64,000 nucleotides of DNA from an uncultured Acidobacteriota bacterium (GCA_963764715.1 CAVXTP010000022.1:288001-352000); one strand, 5' to 3'; positions 39,759-51,764 are shown, counted from the first letter of the stretch. The notes: generated from the letters alone by a model not told the origin. Made by a program: numbers and translations.

Positions 39759-39858
39759 CTTTCGTCCCCTCTCGAACGGCATCGGCCGCCCGAATCCTGG
39801 ACGAGTCACCGCCCCTGCGCGCCGTCTTCGGGACGAACCCTCCGTTCGGAGCGTCGAG

Positions 39859-41733
39859 TCAGTCGAGCGTCAGGATGAGGAGGGTGCGGTCGTCGTCGGC
39901 CGGCCGGTCCCCGGTGTGGGCGCGGAGCGCCGCGAGCAGGGCGTCGCGCATCGCCGCGGCTCCGTCGGCGGCGTGCCGGGCGAGCAGCGCTTCGAGCCGT
40001 TCGAAGCCGAAGGCTTCGTCGTCTCCGTCCACGGCCTCGACGAAGCCGTCGGTGAGGAATACGACGAGGTCGCCGGCGCTGAACGGGTACTCCTGCGTCG
40101 GGAACGTTCGGTCGGGAAATAGGCCGAGGGGCAGCCCCGGGAGCGAAAGCGATGCGACGCGCCCGTTCGATATCCGGTAGGGAGCCAGCTGCCCGGCGTT
40201 CGTCAGTCGGCCGCGTCGGGTCGCAGGATCGTAGGCGAGCAGGGCCAGGGTCATGAAATGCCGGGGGTCCGTCGAGCGGTGGATGAGCTCGTTCATCCGG
40301 CCGAAGAGCTCGCCGTCCCGATGCCCGGCTTCGAGCAGCGTCGACAGGCCGGCTTTCGCCATGGCCACCAGGAGTCCGGTGGGGAGGCCGTGCCCCGAAA
40401 CGTCGCCGAGGGCGATCGCGGTGCGGCCGTCGCCCATCGGGAGATAGTCGTAATAGTCCCCGCCGATCTCGGCGACCGGCTCGAAATGCGCGAGGACCTG
40501 GAATCCCGGCAGCGCGGCCTCAGGGGGAGGCAGGAGATTGTGCTGGATCGTCCGCGCGATGGCGATCTCGCTCTGGAGTCGCTCCTTCTCGGCGGTCTCC
40601 ACGAGCAGCTTCTGGATCGATTCCGCCATCCCGTCGAACGAGCGGGCCAGGTCGCCGATCTGGTCCCGGGACTTCGACTGGATCCGAATGGAGAAGTCGC
40701 CGCGGGCGATCGCGCCGGCGGCGCGGGTGAGGCGGTTGACGTTCCGCACGAGCGAGCCGACGAGCACGAAGGCGATCGCCAGGGCGGCGAGGTAAACGAC
40801 GAGGAGGATCCCCGAGACCGACACGAACGCGATCCGGAAGGCGCGGTGGATTTCGGCGACGCCCTGCGAGAAGAGCTGCGAGAAGAGCAGGCGGGGCGAG
40901 GTCTTCGCCGTCAGGATCGCGACGTCGTAACGGGGTCCCTCCGGGGCGTCGAGCACCGTCTCGAGGTAGAAGGCGTGGATCCACTCGCGATTCCAGAGGC
41001 CCTCGCCGGGCGGAGGGGCTGCCTGGGGCCGGCGGTCCGCGATTTCCTGGACCCGGGACTCCTTCGGCGGCGGCGTCCTGGTCCGGACCTCGAATCCCTG
41101 GTTGTCCTCGGAGGCCTGCTCCGCCTCGGCGCCGACCTCGTACCCGGTCCGGTCGGCCAGCTCCTGGAGCCACGGAGCGGCCGGATCGGACAGCTCGAGG
41201 AGCCGCGCCTCTCCCCGGCGGTCCGACGGCACCGCGAGCCACAACCGGTCGCCGGACACGAGGAACCCGGGCCGGGCGAGGGCTTCGACCCACGGCGCCG
41301 GATCGCCCTTCTTGAGCCAGGGCACTCCCGAGGCGGTCACGTGGCCCGACGGGGCGCTCACCGCCGGAAGGTCGGCGCGCCGCGCCGCGGCGGCCTCGCC
41401 GACGGCGGTGATCTCGCGCCGCAGCCGGTTCGCCATGTACTGGTGGGCGACGATGTACGAGGCCAGCGAGAGGAGGACCGCGACGAGCGGGATCGGCACG
41501 ACGCCGATGAGAAAGTAGGAGAAGGCCAGCCGCAGCGCCGTCCGGCGCACGACCACGCGGAAGAGGGCGACCGCGCCCCGCCCGAGCAGCACGAGGCACG
41601 CCACGCCGGCGGCGACCGTGAGGAGGGCCGGCGCGCACCCGGCATCGGGGCTCACGCGATGCAGAATCGCCGCGCCGGCCGCGGAGACGGCGAAGACGCC
41701 GAGCCAGACGCGCGTCGATTTCTTGAGGGACAC
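39859..41733 (-). CDS. Membrane HAMP plus PP2C/SpoIIE (RsbU-like) phosphatase
   Basis: TM helices, HAMP (DQIGDLARSF), IGGDYYD, GDVSGHG, TDGFVE, DDRTL. Confidence 0.9.
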   Translation of the reverse strand: MSLKKSTRVWLGVFAVSAAGAAILHRVSPDAGCAPALLTVAAGVACLVLLGRGAVALFRVVVRRTALRLAFSYFLIGVVPIPLVAVLLSLASYIVAHQYMANRLRREITAVGEAAAARRADLPAVSAPSGHVTASGVPWLKKGDPAPWVEALARPGFLVSGDRLWLAVPSDRRGEARLLELSDPAAPWLQELADRTGYEVGAEAEQASEDNQGFEVRTRTPPPKESRVQEIADRRPQAAPPPGEGLWNREWIHAFYLETVLDAPEGPRYDVAILTAKTSPRLLFSQLFSQGVAEIHRAFRIAFVSVSGILLVVYLAALAIAFVLVGSLVRNVNRLTRAAGAIARGDFSIRIQSKSRDQIGDLARSFDGMAESIQKLLVETAEKERLQSEIAIARTIQHNLLPPPEAALPGFQVLAHFEPVAEIGGDYYDYLPMGDGRTAIALGDVSGHGLPTGLLVAMAKAGLSTLLEAGHRDGELFGRMNELIHRSTDPRHFMTLALLAYDPATRRGRLTNAGQLAPYRISNGRVASLSLPGLPLGLFPDRTFPTQEYPFSAGDLVVFLTDGFVEAVDGDDEAFGFERLEALLARHAADGAAAMRDALLAALRAHTGDRPADDDRTLLILTLD

Positions 41734-41789
41734 CGCGGGCGCATTGTAGCGAGGAGCGGTTTCCGCCTTCGGCTACAATGGGACGGGTA

Positions 41790-42299
41790 GTGAGGTTTCT
41801 TCGGCAAGCCGCCCTGCTCCTCCCCTCGGCTTTCCTCCTCGACGTGCTCGTTTTCCTGCTGACCCACGGCCGCAAGGACCCGGGCTTCGGCACGTATCCC
41901 TTCTTCCAGGAGTGGCTGGGAGACCGGGTCGCCGGCGCCGCCCCGGAGCTGCGCTTCCTCGAGCAGGCGGCCGTCTTCTTCGTGCCGGCGTACGTCCTGT
42001 CGCTCCTCTTCATCCTCGCGATCGCCGTGGCGGAGCGCGCGCTGTTCGGTCCCCGGAAGGTCCGCCCGAGCGGCGGCTTCGGACGGGCGTTCGCGACGAC
42101 CTACCCGGCCTTCTTTCTCGTGGGCAGCGCCGTCGTCATGTGGATGGCCGAGCGCGCGGCGCTCCGGCAGGCCCCGGGGGCGCTCGTCGCGCCCCTCATC
42201 GCGGCCGCAGCGCCCTTCGCCGGCGCGGCCCTCGCCATCGCGCCGGCCGCGGTCCTCGCCGGACCGGTCGCGCTTCTTTCGAAAGTGAGCCCGGCATGA
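41790..42299 (+). CDS. Hypothetical membrane protein
   Basis: About four hydrophobic segments; ATGA overlap with guaA; TACAAT box 10 nt before GTG. Confidence 0.6.
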   Translation: MRFLRQAALLLPSAFLLDVLVFLLTHGRKDPGFGTYPFFQEWLGDRVAGAAPELRFLEQAAVFFVPAYVLSLLFILAIAVAERALFGPRKVRPSGGFGRAFATTYPAFFLVGSAVVMWMAERAALRQAPGALVAPLIAAAAPFAGAALAIAPAAVLAGPVALLSKVSPA

Positions 42300-43831
42300 G
42301 CTCCCCGCGGTCCATCGTCATCCTCGACTTCGGCGGCCAGTACACGCAGCTGATCGCCCGGCGTGTTCGCGACGCCCGCGTCTTCTCGGTCGTCCTGCCG
42401 CCGGGCGCCTCGGCCGAGGAGATCCGGCGCTGGAACCCCGCGGGCATCATCCTGTCGGGCGGGCCGCAGAGCGTGTACGAGCCCGACGCGCCGAGGCCCT
42501 CGGGCGACCCGACGAGCCTCGGCGTTCCGGTCCTGGGCCTCTGCTACGGCATGCAGTGGCTGGCGCAGGCGGCGGGGGGAGAGGTCGCCAACGAGGGCCG
42601 CGAGTACGGGCGCGCCGTGGCGCGGCTGGCGGTCGATTCGGATCTCTTCGCCGGCCTCGAGCCCGAGCAGACCGTGTGGATGAACCACGGGGACTCGGTC
42701 GTCGCTCCGCCGTCGGGATTCCGCGTCATCGCGTCGACGCCGACGACGCCGCTCGCGGGCTTCGAGAACCCGGCGCGGCGCGTCTGGGCCATCCAGTTCC
42801 ATCCCGAGGTCCGGCACACGGTCCACGGGACCGAGGTCCTCGAGAACTTCCTCTTCCGGATCTGCAAGGTCGAGCCGAGCTGGACCATGGAGGGCTTCCG
42901 CCACGAGAAGGTGGAGGCGATCCGCCGCCAGGCGCCGACGGGAGCGGTCATCTGCGCCCTCTCGGGGGGAGTCGATTCGTCGGTGACGGCGATCCTGCTC
43001 CGCGAGGCGCTCGGGGACCGCGTCCACCCGATCCTCGTCGACCACGGCCTGATGCGCGCCCACGAGCGCCGGCAGGTCGTCGAGGCGTTCGCGCGCCTCG
43101 GGATCCGCGTGCACGCGGTCGATGCCGGGGACCTCTTCCTGTCGCGCCTTTCCGGCGTGACCGATCCCGAGGAGAAGCGCAAGATCATCGGACGGACCTT
43201 CATCGACGTCTTCGAGAAGGAAGCGAAGTCGATCCCCGACGCCCGATACCTGGCGCAGGGCACGCTCTATCCCGACGTCATCGAGTCGGTGTCGATCAAG
43301 GGGCCGTCGGCCGTCATCAAGACCCATCACAACGTCGGCGGTCTTCCCGAGCGGCTCGGCTTCGAGCTGATCGAGCCCGTCCGCGAGCTCTTCAAGGACG
43401 AGGTCCGACTGCTCGGCGCGGAGCTCGGGCTGCCGCGGGAGTTCCTCGCGCGCCATCCTTTCCCGGGGCCGGGCCTGGCGGTGCGGATACCGGGCGAGGT
43501 CACGCGCGAGAAGGTCGCGATCCTTCAGAAGGCGGACGAGATCGTCCTCGACGAGATCCGGCGAGCCGGCCTCTACGACGCGATCTCGCAGGCCTTCGCC
43601 GTTCTCCTGCCGGTCAAGTCCGTGGGCGTGATGGGCGACGGCCGGACCCACGAGTTCGTTCTGGCGGTGCGCGCCGTCCAGACGAGCGACTTCATGACGG
43701 CCGACTGGTTCCGGATGCCCCACGAAGTGCTCGACGCGATCGCGAGCCGGGTCGTGTCGAGCGTGCGCGGCATCAACCGCGTCGTCTACGACATCACGTC
43801 GAAGCCCCCGGCCACGATCGAGTGGGAGTAG
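42296..43831 (+). CDS. guaA: GMP synthase (glutamine-hydrolysing)
   Basis: LDFGGQYTQLI, GLCYGMQ, QFHPEV, SGGVDS, YDITSKPPATIEWE. Confidence 0.97.
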   Translation: MSSPRSIVILDFGGQYTQLIARRVRDARVFSVVLPPGASAEEIRRWNPAGIILSGGPQSVYEPDAPRPSGDPTSLGVPVLGLCYGMQWLAQAAGGEVANEGREYGRAVARLAVDSDLFAGLEPEQTVWMNHGDSVVAPPSGFRVIASTPTTPLAGFENPARRVWAIQFHPEVRHTVHGTEVLENFLFRICKVEPSWTMEGFRHEKVEAIRRQAPTGAVICALSGGVDSSVTAILLREALGDRVHPILVDHGLMRAHERRQVVEAFARLGIRVHAVDAGDLFLSRLSGVTDPEEKRKIIGRTFIDVFEKEAKSIPDARYLAQGTLYPDVIESVSIKGPSAVIKTHHNVGGLPERLGFELIEPVRELFKDEVRLLGAELGLPREFLARHPFPGPGLAVRIPGEVTREKVAILQKADEIVLDEIRRAGLYDAISQAFAVLLPVKSVGVMGDGRTHEFVLAVRAVQTSDFMTADWFRMPHEVLDAIASRVVSSVRGINRVVYDITSKPPATIEWE

Positions 43832-43837
43832 CAACAG

Positions 43838-43908
43838 TGGGGTCTGACGTGCATTTCGCGAACCCCCGGAGGACGTCTTCGAAGCCCCGAAATGCAGGTC
43901 TGACCCCA
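43838..43908. repeat. 21-bp imperfect inverted repeat with GGGGTC(T/A)GAC ends, REP/REPIN-like
   Basis: TGGGGTCTGACGTGCATTTCG (43838-43858) versus CGAAATGCAGGTCTGACCCCA (43888-43908); 2 mismatches, 29-nt spacer. Confidence 0.7.
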
Positions 43909-43923
43909 GGCGCCCTTTGACTC

Positions 43924-43955
43924 AAAGAGAAAAGGGCCCGCGAAAGCGGGCCCTT
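43924..43955 (-). terminator. Intrinsic terminator of the minus-strand lipoprotein gene
   Basis: Perfect 10-bp stem AAGGGCCCGC/GCGGGCCCTT with 4-nt loop, running into a TTTTCTCTTT tail on the minus strand. Confidence 0.8.
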
Positions 43956-43978
43956 CGAGCTTCCAAAGCGAAACCCCG

Positions 43979-44578
43979 CTACTTCGCCGCGGGGGCGGCG
44001 CCTCCCGAGGCGTTCATTCCGAGCTGACCCATGGCATCCGTCGCCTTGGCCTTGGCCGCGCTCGCCTTGGCGATCGCGTCGGTCCAGTTGCCCGCGGCCT
44101 GCGCCGTCTGCGCCTCGGCCCAGCCCGTCGTGGCCGCCGCGAGACCGTCCTTGGCGGCCGTCAGCTTCGCCGCGTCGAGGCCCTTCGGGAGCTTCTTCGA
44201 CTGGGAGAGGATGTCGACCCGGCTCTTGAGCGCCTCGATCATCTTCGGCACGTCGGCGAGGGCGTTCCACTGGGCCGCGAGCTCGTCCTTCTTCGCCTTG
44301 GCCTTGGCGAGCACGTCGTTGGCCTTCTGCTGGACCGAGGTTGCCCCGGCGAGCGCGCCCTTGTAGTCGCCCTTCGCGAAGGCGTCCTTGGCGGCGGCCA
44401 GGTCGTCCGAGAGCGACTTGAAGTCGTCGGGCACGAGGCGCTCGGCCTCGGCGCGGGCGCCGTTGACGGCCTCGTCGGCGAGCTTGAGCGCCGCCTCGGC
44501 GGGCGCCTTGCCGCTGTTGCAGGCGACCGCCAGGACGCAGGCGGCGACGGCGAGATACTTCCAGGACCGTTTGAGCAT
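43979..44578 (-). CDS. Ala/Lys-rich helical lipoprotein
   Basis: AAAGGAGA SD; lipobox LAVAC; strongly biased codon use; own terminator. Confidence 0.75.
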   Translation of the reverse strand: MLKRSWKYLAVAACVLAVACNSGKAPAEAALKLADEAVNGARAEAERLVPDDFKSLSDDLAAAKDAFAKGDYKGALAGATSVQQKANDVLAKAKAKKDELAAQWNALADVPKMIEALKSRVDILSQSKKLPKGLDAAKLTAAKDGLAAATTGWAEAQTAQAAGNWTDAIAKASAAKAKATDAMGQLGMNASGGAAPAAK

Positions 44579-44613
44579 GGTGTCTCCTTTTTCTTCTTGC
44601 ACGCTGAATGCGC

Positions 44614-44847
44614 TCAGACCTTCTTCGAAAGATCGGGTGGACGGACGTTTCCAACGCTTTCGCGGGGAGCCCGGCGATCCTTCCACAGCCCGAAGATCGC
44701 GGTCAGGGACGCGAGGACGATCTCGTCGACGAACGGGATCACGTCCGGGACGAGGAAGTCCGCCAGGGTCACCGTGAGCAGAATGAGAAAGAGCGCGGGA
44801 TATCGCAGGCCGAGCCGGCGAAATGCGCGGACGAGCGCGCCCGGCAT
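44614..44847 (-). CDS. Small membrane protein, DUF6116-like
   Basis: LRYPALF...DFLVPDVIPFVDEI motif. Confidence 0.6.
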   Translation of the reverse strand: MPGALVRAFRRLGLRYPALFLILLTVTLADFLVPDVIPFVDEIVLASLTAIFGLWKDRRAPRESVGNVRPPDLSKKV

Positions 44848-44855
44848 CCGTCGGC

Positions 44856-45059
44856 CTAGGGAATCCGGAGCTTCTGCCCGACGCGGATCAGGTTCGGGTC
44901 CTTCAGGACGTCCTTGTTGGCTTCGAAGATCTTCGGGTAGAGGCTCGCGTCGCCGTAGTAGTGCTGGGCGATCTTGGAGAGCGTTTCGCCGCTCTTGACC
45001 TCGTGCCACTGGGTGTAATCGGTCGAACCGCCCTGGGTGCCCTTGGGTTCGTTCGGCAT
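44856..45059 (-). CDS. Stand-alone LysM domain protein
   Basis: HEVKSGETLSKIAQHYYGD...IFEAN...PNLIRVGQKLRIP; AGGAGG SD. Confidence 0.88.
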   Translation of the reverse strand: MPNEPKGTQGGSTDYTQWHEVKSGETLSKIAQHYYGDASLYPKIFEANKDVLKDPNLIRVGQKLRIP

Positions 45060-45128
45060 GGGGACCTCCTGTGGGGCCGCGCTGCGGCTGGATTCGAGCC
45101 GCGAACGTAAGTCGCGGTGGCCCGGTTG

Positions 45129-46198
45129 TCAAGCGGGGCCGAGCGCGCGGCCGAGCGCCTGGAGGCCCTCGCGCACCGCCCCGGGCTCGCCGCCGAACGC
45201 GATCCGGAAGTGGGCGGGGGCGCCGAAAAAGCGTCCCGGCGCGACCGCGGTCCCGGTCTCCCGGAAGAGCCGATCGACGAATGGGCCGGCGTCGGCGACC
45301 CCGGCGAGGCGGGGGAAGGCGAGAGTCGAGCGCGGCGGCACGCACGCGAGCTCCGGCCGCGACCCGAGAAACGCGGACACGGCCGCGAGGTTCGTTTCGA
45401 CGATGGCGCGGGCCCGGGCTTCCAGCCGGTCGAGGTGCGAGAACGCGACGACCGAAAGCCGGTCGGCCGGCATCGGCGCCCAGACGTCCACGATATCCCG
45501 CGCGCGGCGGATCGTCTCGGCGACGGCGGGGGAGGCGAGGGCCCACCCGCAGCGCAGGGAGGCGAGCCCGAAGGACTTCGTGAGGGACGAGGTCGAGACG
45601 AAATGGTCGGACAGGAGCGCCGCGGGAGCGGGGCGGCCGTCGAGCACGGTGTCCCGGTAGACCTCGTCGAAGAGGACGTGGAGGCCGCGCTCCTCGGCGA
45701 GCCGGGCGAGGGCGCGGACGCTCGCCTCCGAGATCAACGCCCCCGAGGGGTTGTGCGGGTTCGTCAGGATGACGAGGCGGGTCCGGGGCGTCAGCGCCGC
45801 GGCGACGGTTTCGGGATCGACGTCGAATCCGTCCTCGAAGCGGCGGGGAAAGAATGCGACGTCGGCGCCGAGCATGCGGGCGGCCGCCGGGATCGGGTCG
45901 TAGTGCGGGGTCTCGACGAGGACGGCGTCCCCCGTCCCGAGGAGCGCGGCGCAGGCCAGGAAATTGGCGCCCGAGCAGCCGCCGGCCGTCGCGACGCGCT
46001 CGACGGGCACGGCGTGGCGCGCCGCGATCGCTTCGCGCAGCGGCACGTAGCCCTCGGGGCTCTCGCCGGCGATGTCGAGCGCCTCGCGCGCTCCGGGCAG
46101 GTCCTCGAGCCGGCACGGCAGGAGGTTCGAGCCCGCCAGGTCGATGCGCGGGCGCGGCCGCGACTTGGCCCACTCCATGTAAGGCGCGCGGGCGAGCG

Positions 46199-46202
<4 letters not shown>
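45129..46202 (-). CDS. PLP-dependent aminotransferase class I/II
   Basis: NPHNPSG, FDEVY, SLTKSFGLASLRCGW. Confidence 0.88.
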
Positions 46203-47521
<1,319 letters not shown>

Positions 47522-47533
47522 CGGGCCGGCGTC

Positions 47534-48202
47534 CTAGCGGTAGCGCGGCTGGACGCGGACGATCGTGAGCGTCTCGAGCTTGCCGCGCGCGTCGAAGTCG
47601 AAGCCCACGTAGGCGTCGCCGAAGACCTTGCAGGCATGGCAGCCGTCCGTCAGCTCGTAGGGGACGACGAGGCTCTGGCCGCCGCCCTGCCGGGGCAGGA
47701 CGCGCGGGAACTGGTCCGAGCTCCGGTCGCCCGGGAAGATCGCCAGTTTCGACGTCCCCCGCTTCAGCGCGGCGTACACGCGGTTGCCCTCGAAGATCCC
47801 GGGTTTGATGAGGGCGGGATCGTCGACGTCGATCAGGGGCGGCTGGCCGTTGACGAGGAAGACGACGCGGTTCTCGTTCGCCCGGAACGGGTACTCGGCG
47901 TAGGCCACGCCGACGGGGCCGGCCTCGCGGAAACGGAGGAGATAGCCCTGCCCGCCGGTGCGCCGGGCGAAGTCGAGCGCGGCCGCCGGGGCGCCCGCCT
48001 TCTCCATCGTGCGGACGAAACACGCGCCCATGTCCTGTCCCGCCCCGTCGCACGCGGCGTGAAACGCGTCGCGAAAATCGGGGGGCGGCGTCCAGACCGC
48101 ACCGGGTCCGACCGGCGGCGGCGCGGCGGGCGTGGCCTTCGGCGCGGGCGGAGCCGCCGACGCCAGCCAGACCGCGGCCGCGAGGTACGTCAGGTTCTTC
48201 AT
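47534..48202 (-). CDS. Hypothetical secreted protein
   Basis: Signal peptide; YPFRANEN and DGCHAC motifs. Confidence 0.6.
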   Translation of the reverse strand: MKNLTYLAAAVWLASAAPPAPKATPAAPPPVGPGAVWTPPPDFRDAFHAACDGAGQDMGACFVRTMEKAGAPAAALDFARRTGGQGYLLRFREAGPVGVAYAEYPFRANENRVVFLVNGQPPLIDVDDPALIKPGIFEGNRVYAALKRGTSKLAIFPGDRSSDQFPRVLPRQGGGQSLVVPYELTDGCHACKVFGDAYVGFDFDARGKLETLTIVRVQPRYR

Positions 48203-48278
48203 CGCGCGATCGTCGCACAATCATACGCGGGACGAGATCGTCGCCGGCTTGGCCGCGATCGCTTATGATCGAGTCTCG

Positions 48279-51200
48279 ATGCCCGGCGACTTCGTCCACC
48301 TCCACCTCCACAGCCAGTACTCCCTCCTCGACGGCGCCAACAAGCTCCCGGAGCTCTGCAAGCGCGTGGCCGAGCTCGGGATGCCGGCCGTGGCGGTCAC
48401 CGATCACGGCAACATGTTCGGCGCGTTTCATTTCTTCCACGAGGCGCTCCAGAACGGCATCCGGCCGATCATCGGCGTCGAGGCGTACATCGCGCCGGGC
48501 GACCGCCGGGACCGCGAGGAGAAGGCGGCGAGCGAGTCGGGCGAGGGATACGCGTACCACCTGACCCTGCTCGCCGCGACGCAGAAGGGCTATCGCAACC
48601 TCGTCCGCCTCGTGTCCGAGGCGTACACCTCGGGCTTCTACCACCGGCCCCGCATGGACAAGGCCCTCCTGCGGGAGCACGCCGAGGGCCTCATCGGCCT
48701 CTCGGGCTGCCTCAAGGGCGAGGTCGCGGGGGCCCTGTCGCGAGGCAACTTCGGGGCGGCGAAGCGGGCGTTCCTCGAGTACGAGGAGATCTTCGGGAAG
48801 GGCAACTTCTACGTCGAGCTCATGGATCACGGCCTGCCCCAGCAGACGGCGATCGTGCCGGACCTCCTGCGGCTCGCGTCGGAGACCGGGGCGCCGGCCG
48901 TCGCGACCAACGACAGCCACTACCTGCGGCGCGACGACGCCTTCCCCCACGAGGTCCTGCTCTGCATCGGCATGGGCAAGACGCTCGAGGACGAGCGCCG
49001 GATGCGCTTCTACAACGACGAGTTCTACGTGAAGAGCCCGGACGAGATGCTCTCGCGCTTCAAGCCGTGGAGCGTCGAGGCCGTCACGAACACGGTCGCG
49101 ATCGCCGAGCGCTGCGCGGTCTCGTTCGACACCGACGGCCTCCACCTGCCGACCTTCACGGCCCCGGACGGCCGGCCGCCCGCCGACTACTTCCGGGACC
49201 TCGCCCGCGAGGGCCTGGAGCGCCGCCTGTCGGAGCTCGACGCCGAGGCGGGCGCCGGCGTCGCGCGGATCCCGACGGCAAAATACCGGGAGCGGCTCGA
49301 GTACGAGATCACCGTCATCGAAAAGATGGGGTTCCCGTCGTACTTCCTGATCGTTTCCGACTTCATCCGCCACGCCCGCGAGAAGGGGATCGCGGTCGGT
49401 CCCGGGCGCGGCAGCGCCGCCGGCTCGATCGTGTCGTGGGCGCTGCGCATCACCGAGATCGATCCGCTCCGCTACGACCTCCTCTTCGAGCGCTTCCTGA
49501 ACCCCGAGCGGATCTCGATGCCGGACATCGACATCGATTTCTGCCAGGCGCGGCGCGGCGAGGTCATCGAGTACGTGACCAAGAAGTACGGGCGGGAGAA
49601 CGTCGCGCAGATCGTGACCTTCTCCCAGTTGAAGCCCAAGCTCGCCGTGCGCGACGTCGCCCGGGTGCTCTCGCTGCCCGTGGCGCTCGGGGACCGGATC
49701 GCCAAGCTCGTTCCGGACGGGCCCGACGTCAACTTCGAGCGGGCCTTCCGGGACTCGCCGGGCCTCAAGGAGGCGATGGCGGCGGACGAGTCGATCGCCA
49801 AGGTCGTGCGGATCGCCGAGCGGCTCGAGGGCCTGTCGCGCCATGCCGGCATGCACGCGGCCGGCGTCGTCATCGCGCCGCGCCCCATCACCGAGTACCT
49901 GCCGCTCTACCGGACGAACAAGGACGAAATCACGACGCAGTTCGACATGAACGCGGTCGAGAAGATGGGCCTCCTCAAGATCGATTTCCTGGGCCTCATC
50001 ACCCTCGACGTGCTCGAGGCGACCGTCGCGGCCGTGAAGGAGCGCCTCGGGGTCACGCTCGACCTCGACCACCTGCCGCTCGACGACGAGCCGACCTACG
50101 AGCTCTTCCGGTCGGGCAAGACGGCCTGCGTCTTCCAGTTCGATTCGGGCGGGATGCGGGACCTGCTGCGCCGCGCCAAGCCCCGCGTCTTCCCGGACCT
50201 CGCGGCCCTCAACGCGCTCTACCGGCCGGGGGCCCTCGACGCCGGCACGGTCGAGGACTACGTCCGGCGGCGCGGCGGGACGCGCGTGACCTACCCGCTG
50301 CCGGAGCTCGAGCCGATCCTCTCGGAGACCCTCGGGATCCTGGTCTACCAGGAGCAGGTCATGCGCATCGCCCAGACCGTCGCGGGCTACTCGCTCGCCG
50401 AGGCCGACCTGCTGCGCAAGGCGATCGGGAAGAAGAAGCGCGAGATCATGGAGGCCGAGGCCGAGAAGTTCCTGCGGCGAGCCGTCGAGCACGGGACGCC
50501 GAAGAAGAAGGCGCAGGAGCTCTGGTCCCTGATCGAGCCGTTCGCGCGGTACGGCTTCAACAAGTCGCACGCCGTGGCCTACGCCCTGGTGGCCTACAAG
50601 ACGGCGTACCTCAAGGCCCACTACCCGGTCGACTTCTTCGCGGCCAACCTCTCGGCCGAGATCGGCTCGACCGACGGCATCGTCAAGGTCCTCGGCGACT
50701 GCCAGGAGTCCGGGATCCCGGTCCTGCCGCCCGACATCAACGAGTCGGCGGAGAGCTTCGCCGCGGTGGGCGGCTCGATCCGCTTCGGGCTCGCGGCGAT
50801 CAAGGGCGTCGGCGAGGCCGCGGCCCACGCCATCCTCGACGAGCGGAGCAAGAAGCCCTTCGTCTCGTTCACCGACTTCACCGAGCGGATGGATTCGCGC
50901 CTCGTCAACAAGCGCACCCTCGACGCCCTGATCTGCGCCGGCGCCTTCGATTCGCTCGGGAAAAACCGCGCGACCCTCGCCGCGGCGTCCGAGCGCGCGC
51001 TCGCCCGGGCCGCGCGCCGCCGCGAGGAGGCCGAGCTCGGCCAGTCGAACCTCTTCGGCGGCGGCGTCGTCGAGGAGGGCTCGGCCGGCGACGACTTCCC
51101 GGACCTCCCGGAGTGGCCGCTCGACCAGAAGCTCAAGGGCGAGAAGGACACGCTCGGCTTCTACGTGACGGGGCATCCGCTCACCCGCTTCGCCGACGAG

Positions 51201-51764
51201 ATCGGGCGCTTCGCCGAGGCCCGGATCGCGGACCTCGCGGGCCGCGTCGAGCAGACCGTCAAGATCGCGGGCGTGCTCGGGAGCCTCAAGAAGCAGAAGA
51301 TCAAGAAGGGCGTCAACGAGGGCAAGACGATGCTCAAGGCCTCGCTCGAGGACACGAGCGGGACGGTGCCGGTCGCCATCTTCGCGAGCCTCTACGAGAA
51401 GGTCCAGGGCTGGGTCCGGGACGACCTGCCGGTGCTCGCCACGGCCAACGTGCGGGAGTCGGGCGGGGCGCTCGAGCTGACGATCCAGGAGATCACGCCG
51501 CTCGAGGGAATCCGGGAGCGGCGGGCGCGGGAGCTCGCGATCCGCGTCAACCTCGCGTACGCCGACGAGAGCGTGCTCGCGCGGCTCCAGGAGCGGCTGC
51601 GCCGACACCCGGGCACGACCCCCGTCTCCATCCGCCTCATCCGGCCGGGGGAGTTCGAGGCCACCCTCAAGGCCGCCGACTCGATGCGCATCGCGCCCTC
51701 GCCGCGTCTGACGAGCGAGATCCAGGCCCTGGCGGGGGAGGGGTCGGTCGAGTACGTCTTCTAG
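48279..51764 (+). CDS. dnaE: DNA polymerase III alpha subunit
   Basis: PHP FVHLHLHSQYSLLDGA, GRGSAAGS, MPDIDIDF, YGFNKSHA, OB fold. Confidence 0.97.
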   Translation: MPGDFVHLHLHSQYSLLDGANKLPELCKRVAELGMPAVAVTDHGNMFGAFHFFHEALQNGIRPIIGVEAYIAPGDRRDREEKAASESGEGYAYHLTLLAATQKGYRNLVRLVSEAYTSGFYHRPRMDKALLREHAEGLIGLSGCLKGEVAGALSRGNFGAAKRAFLEYEEIFGKGNFYVELMDHGLPQQTAIVPDLLRLASETGAPAVATNDSHYLRRDDAFPHEVLLCIGMGKTLEDERRMRFYNDEFYVKSPDEMLSRFKPWSVEAVTNTVAIAERCAVSFDTDGLHLPTFTAPDGRPPADYFRDLAREGLERRLSELDAEAGAGVARIPTAKYRERLEYEITVIEKMGFPSYFLIVSDFIRHAREKGIAVGPGRGSAAGSIVSWALRITEIDPLRYDLLFERFLNPERISMPDIDIDFCQARRGEVIEYVTKKYGRENVAQIVTFSQLKPKLAVRDVARVLSLPVALGDRIAKLVPDGPDVNFERAFRDSPGLKEAMAADESIAKVVRIAERLEGLSRHAGMHAAGVVIAPRPITEYLPLYRTNKDEITTQFDMNAVEKMGLLKIDFLGLITLDVLEATVAAVKERLGVTLDLDHLPLDDEPTYELFRSGKTACVFQFDSGGMRDLLRRAKPRVFPDLAALNALYRPGALDAGTVEDYVRRRGGTRVTYPLPELEPILSETLGILVYQEQVMRIAQTVAGYSLAEADLLRKAIGKKKREIMEAEAEKFLRRAVEHGTPKKKAQELWSLIEPFARYGFNKSHAVAYALVAYKTAYLKAHYPVDFFAANLSAEIGSTDGIVKVLGDCQESGIPVLPPDINESAESFAAVGGSIRFGLAAIKGVGEAAAHAILDERSKKPFVSFTDFTERMDSRLVNKRTLDALICAGAFDSLGKNRATLAAASERALARAARRREEAELGQSNLFGGGVVEEGSAGDDFPDLPEWPLDQKLKGEKDTLGFYVTGHPLTRFADEIGRFAEARIADLAGRVEQTVKIAGVLGSLKKQKIKKGVNEGKTMLKASLEDTSGTVPVAIFASLYEKVQGWVRDDLPVLATANVRESGGALELTIQEITPLEGIRERRARELAIRVNLAYADESVLARLQERLRRHPGTTPVSIRLIRPGEFEATLKAADSMRIAPSPRLTSEIQALAGEGSVEYVF

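Noticed and set aside
36024-39878. 1284-aa plus-strand ORF and many other long Arg/Gly/Pro-rich ORFs
   Set aside because: Shadow frames of well-supported genes; no recognisable motifs
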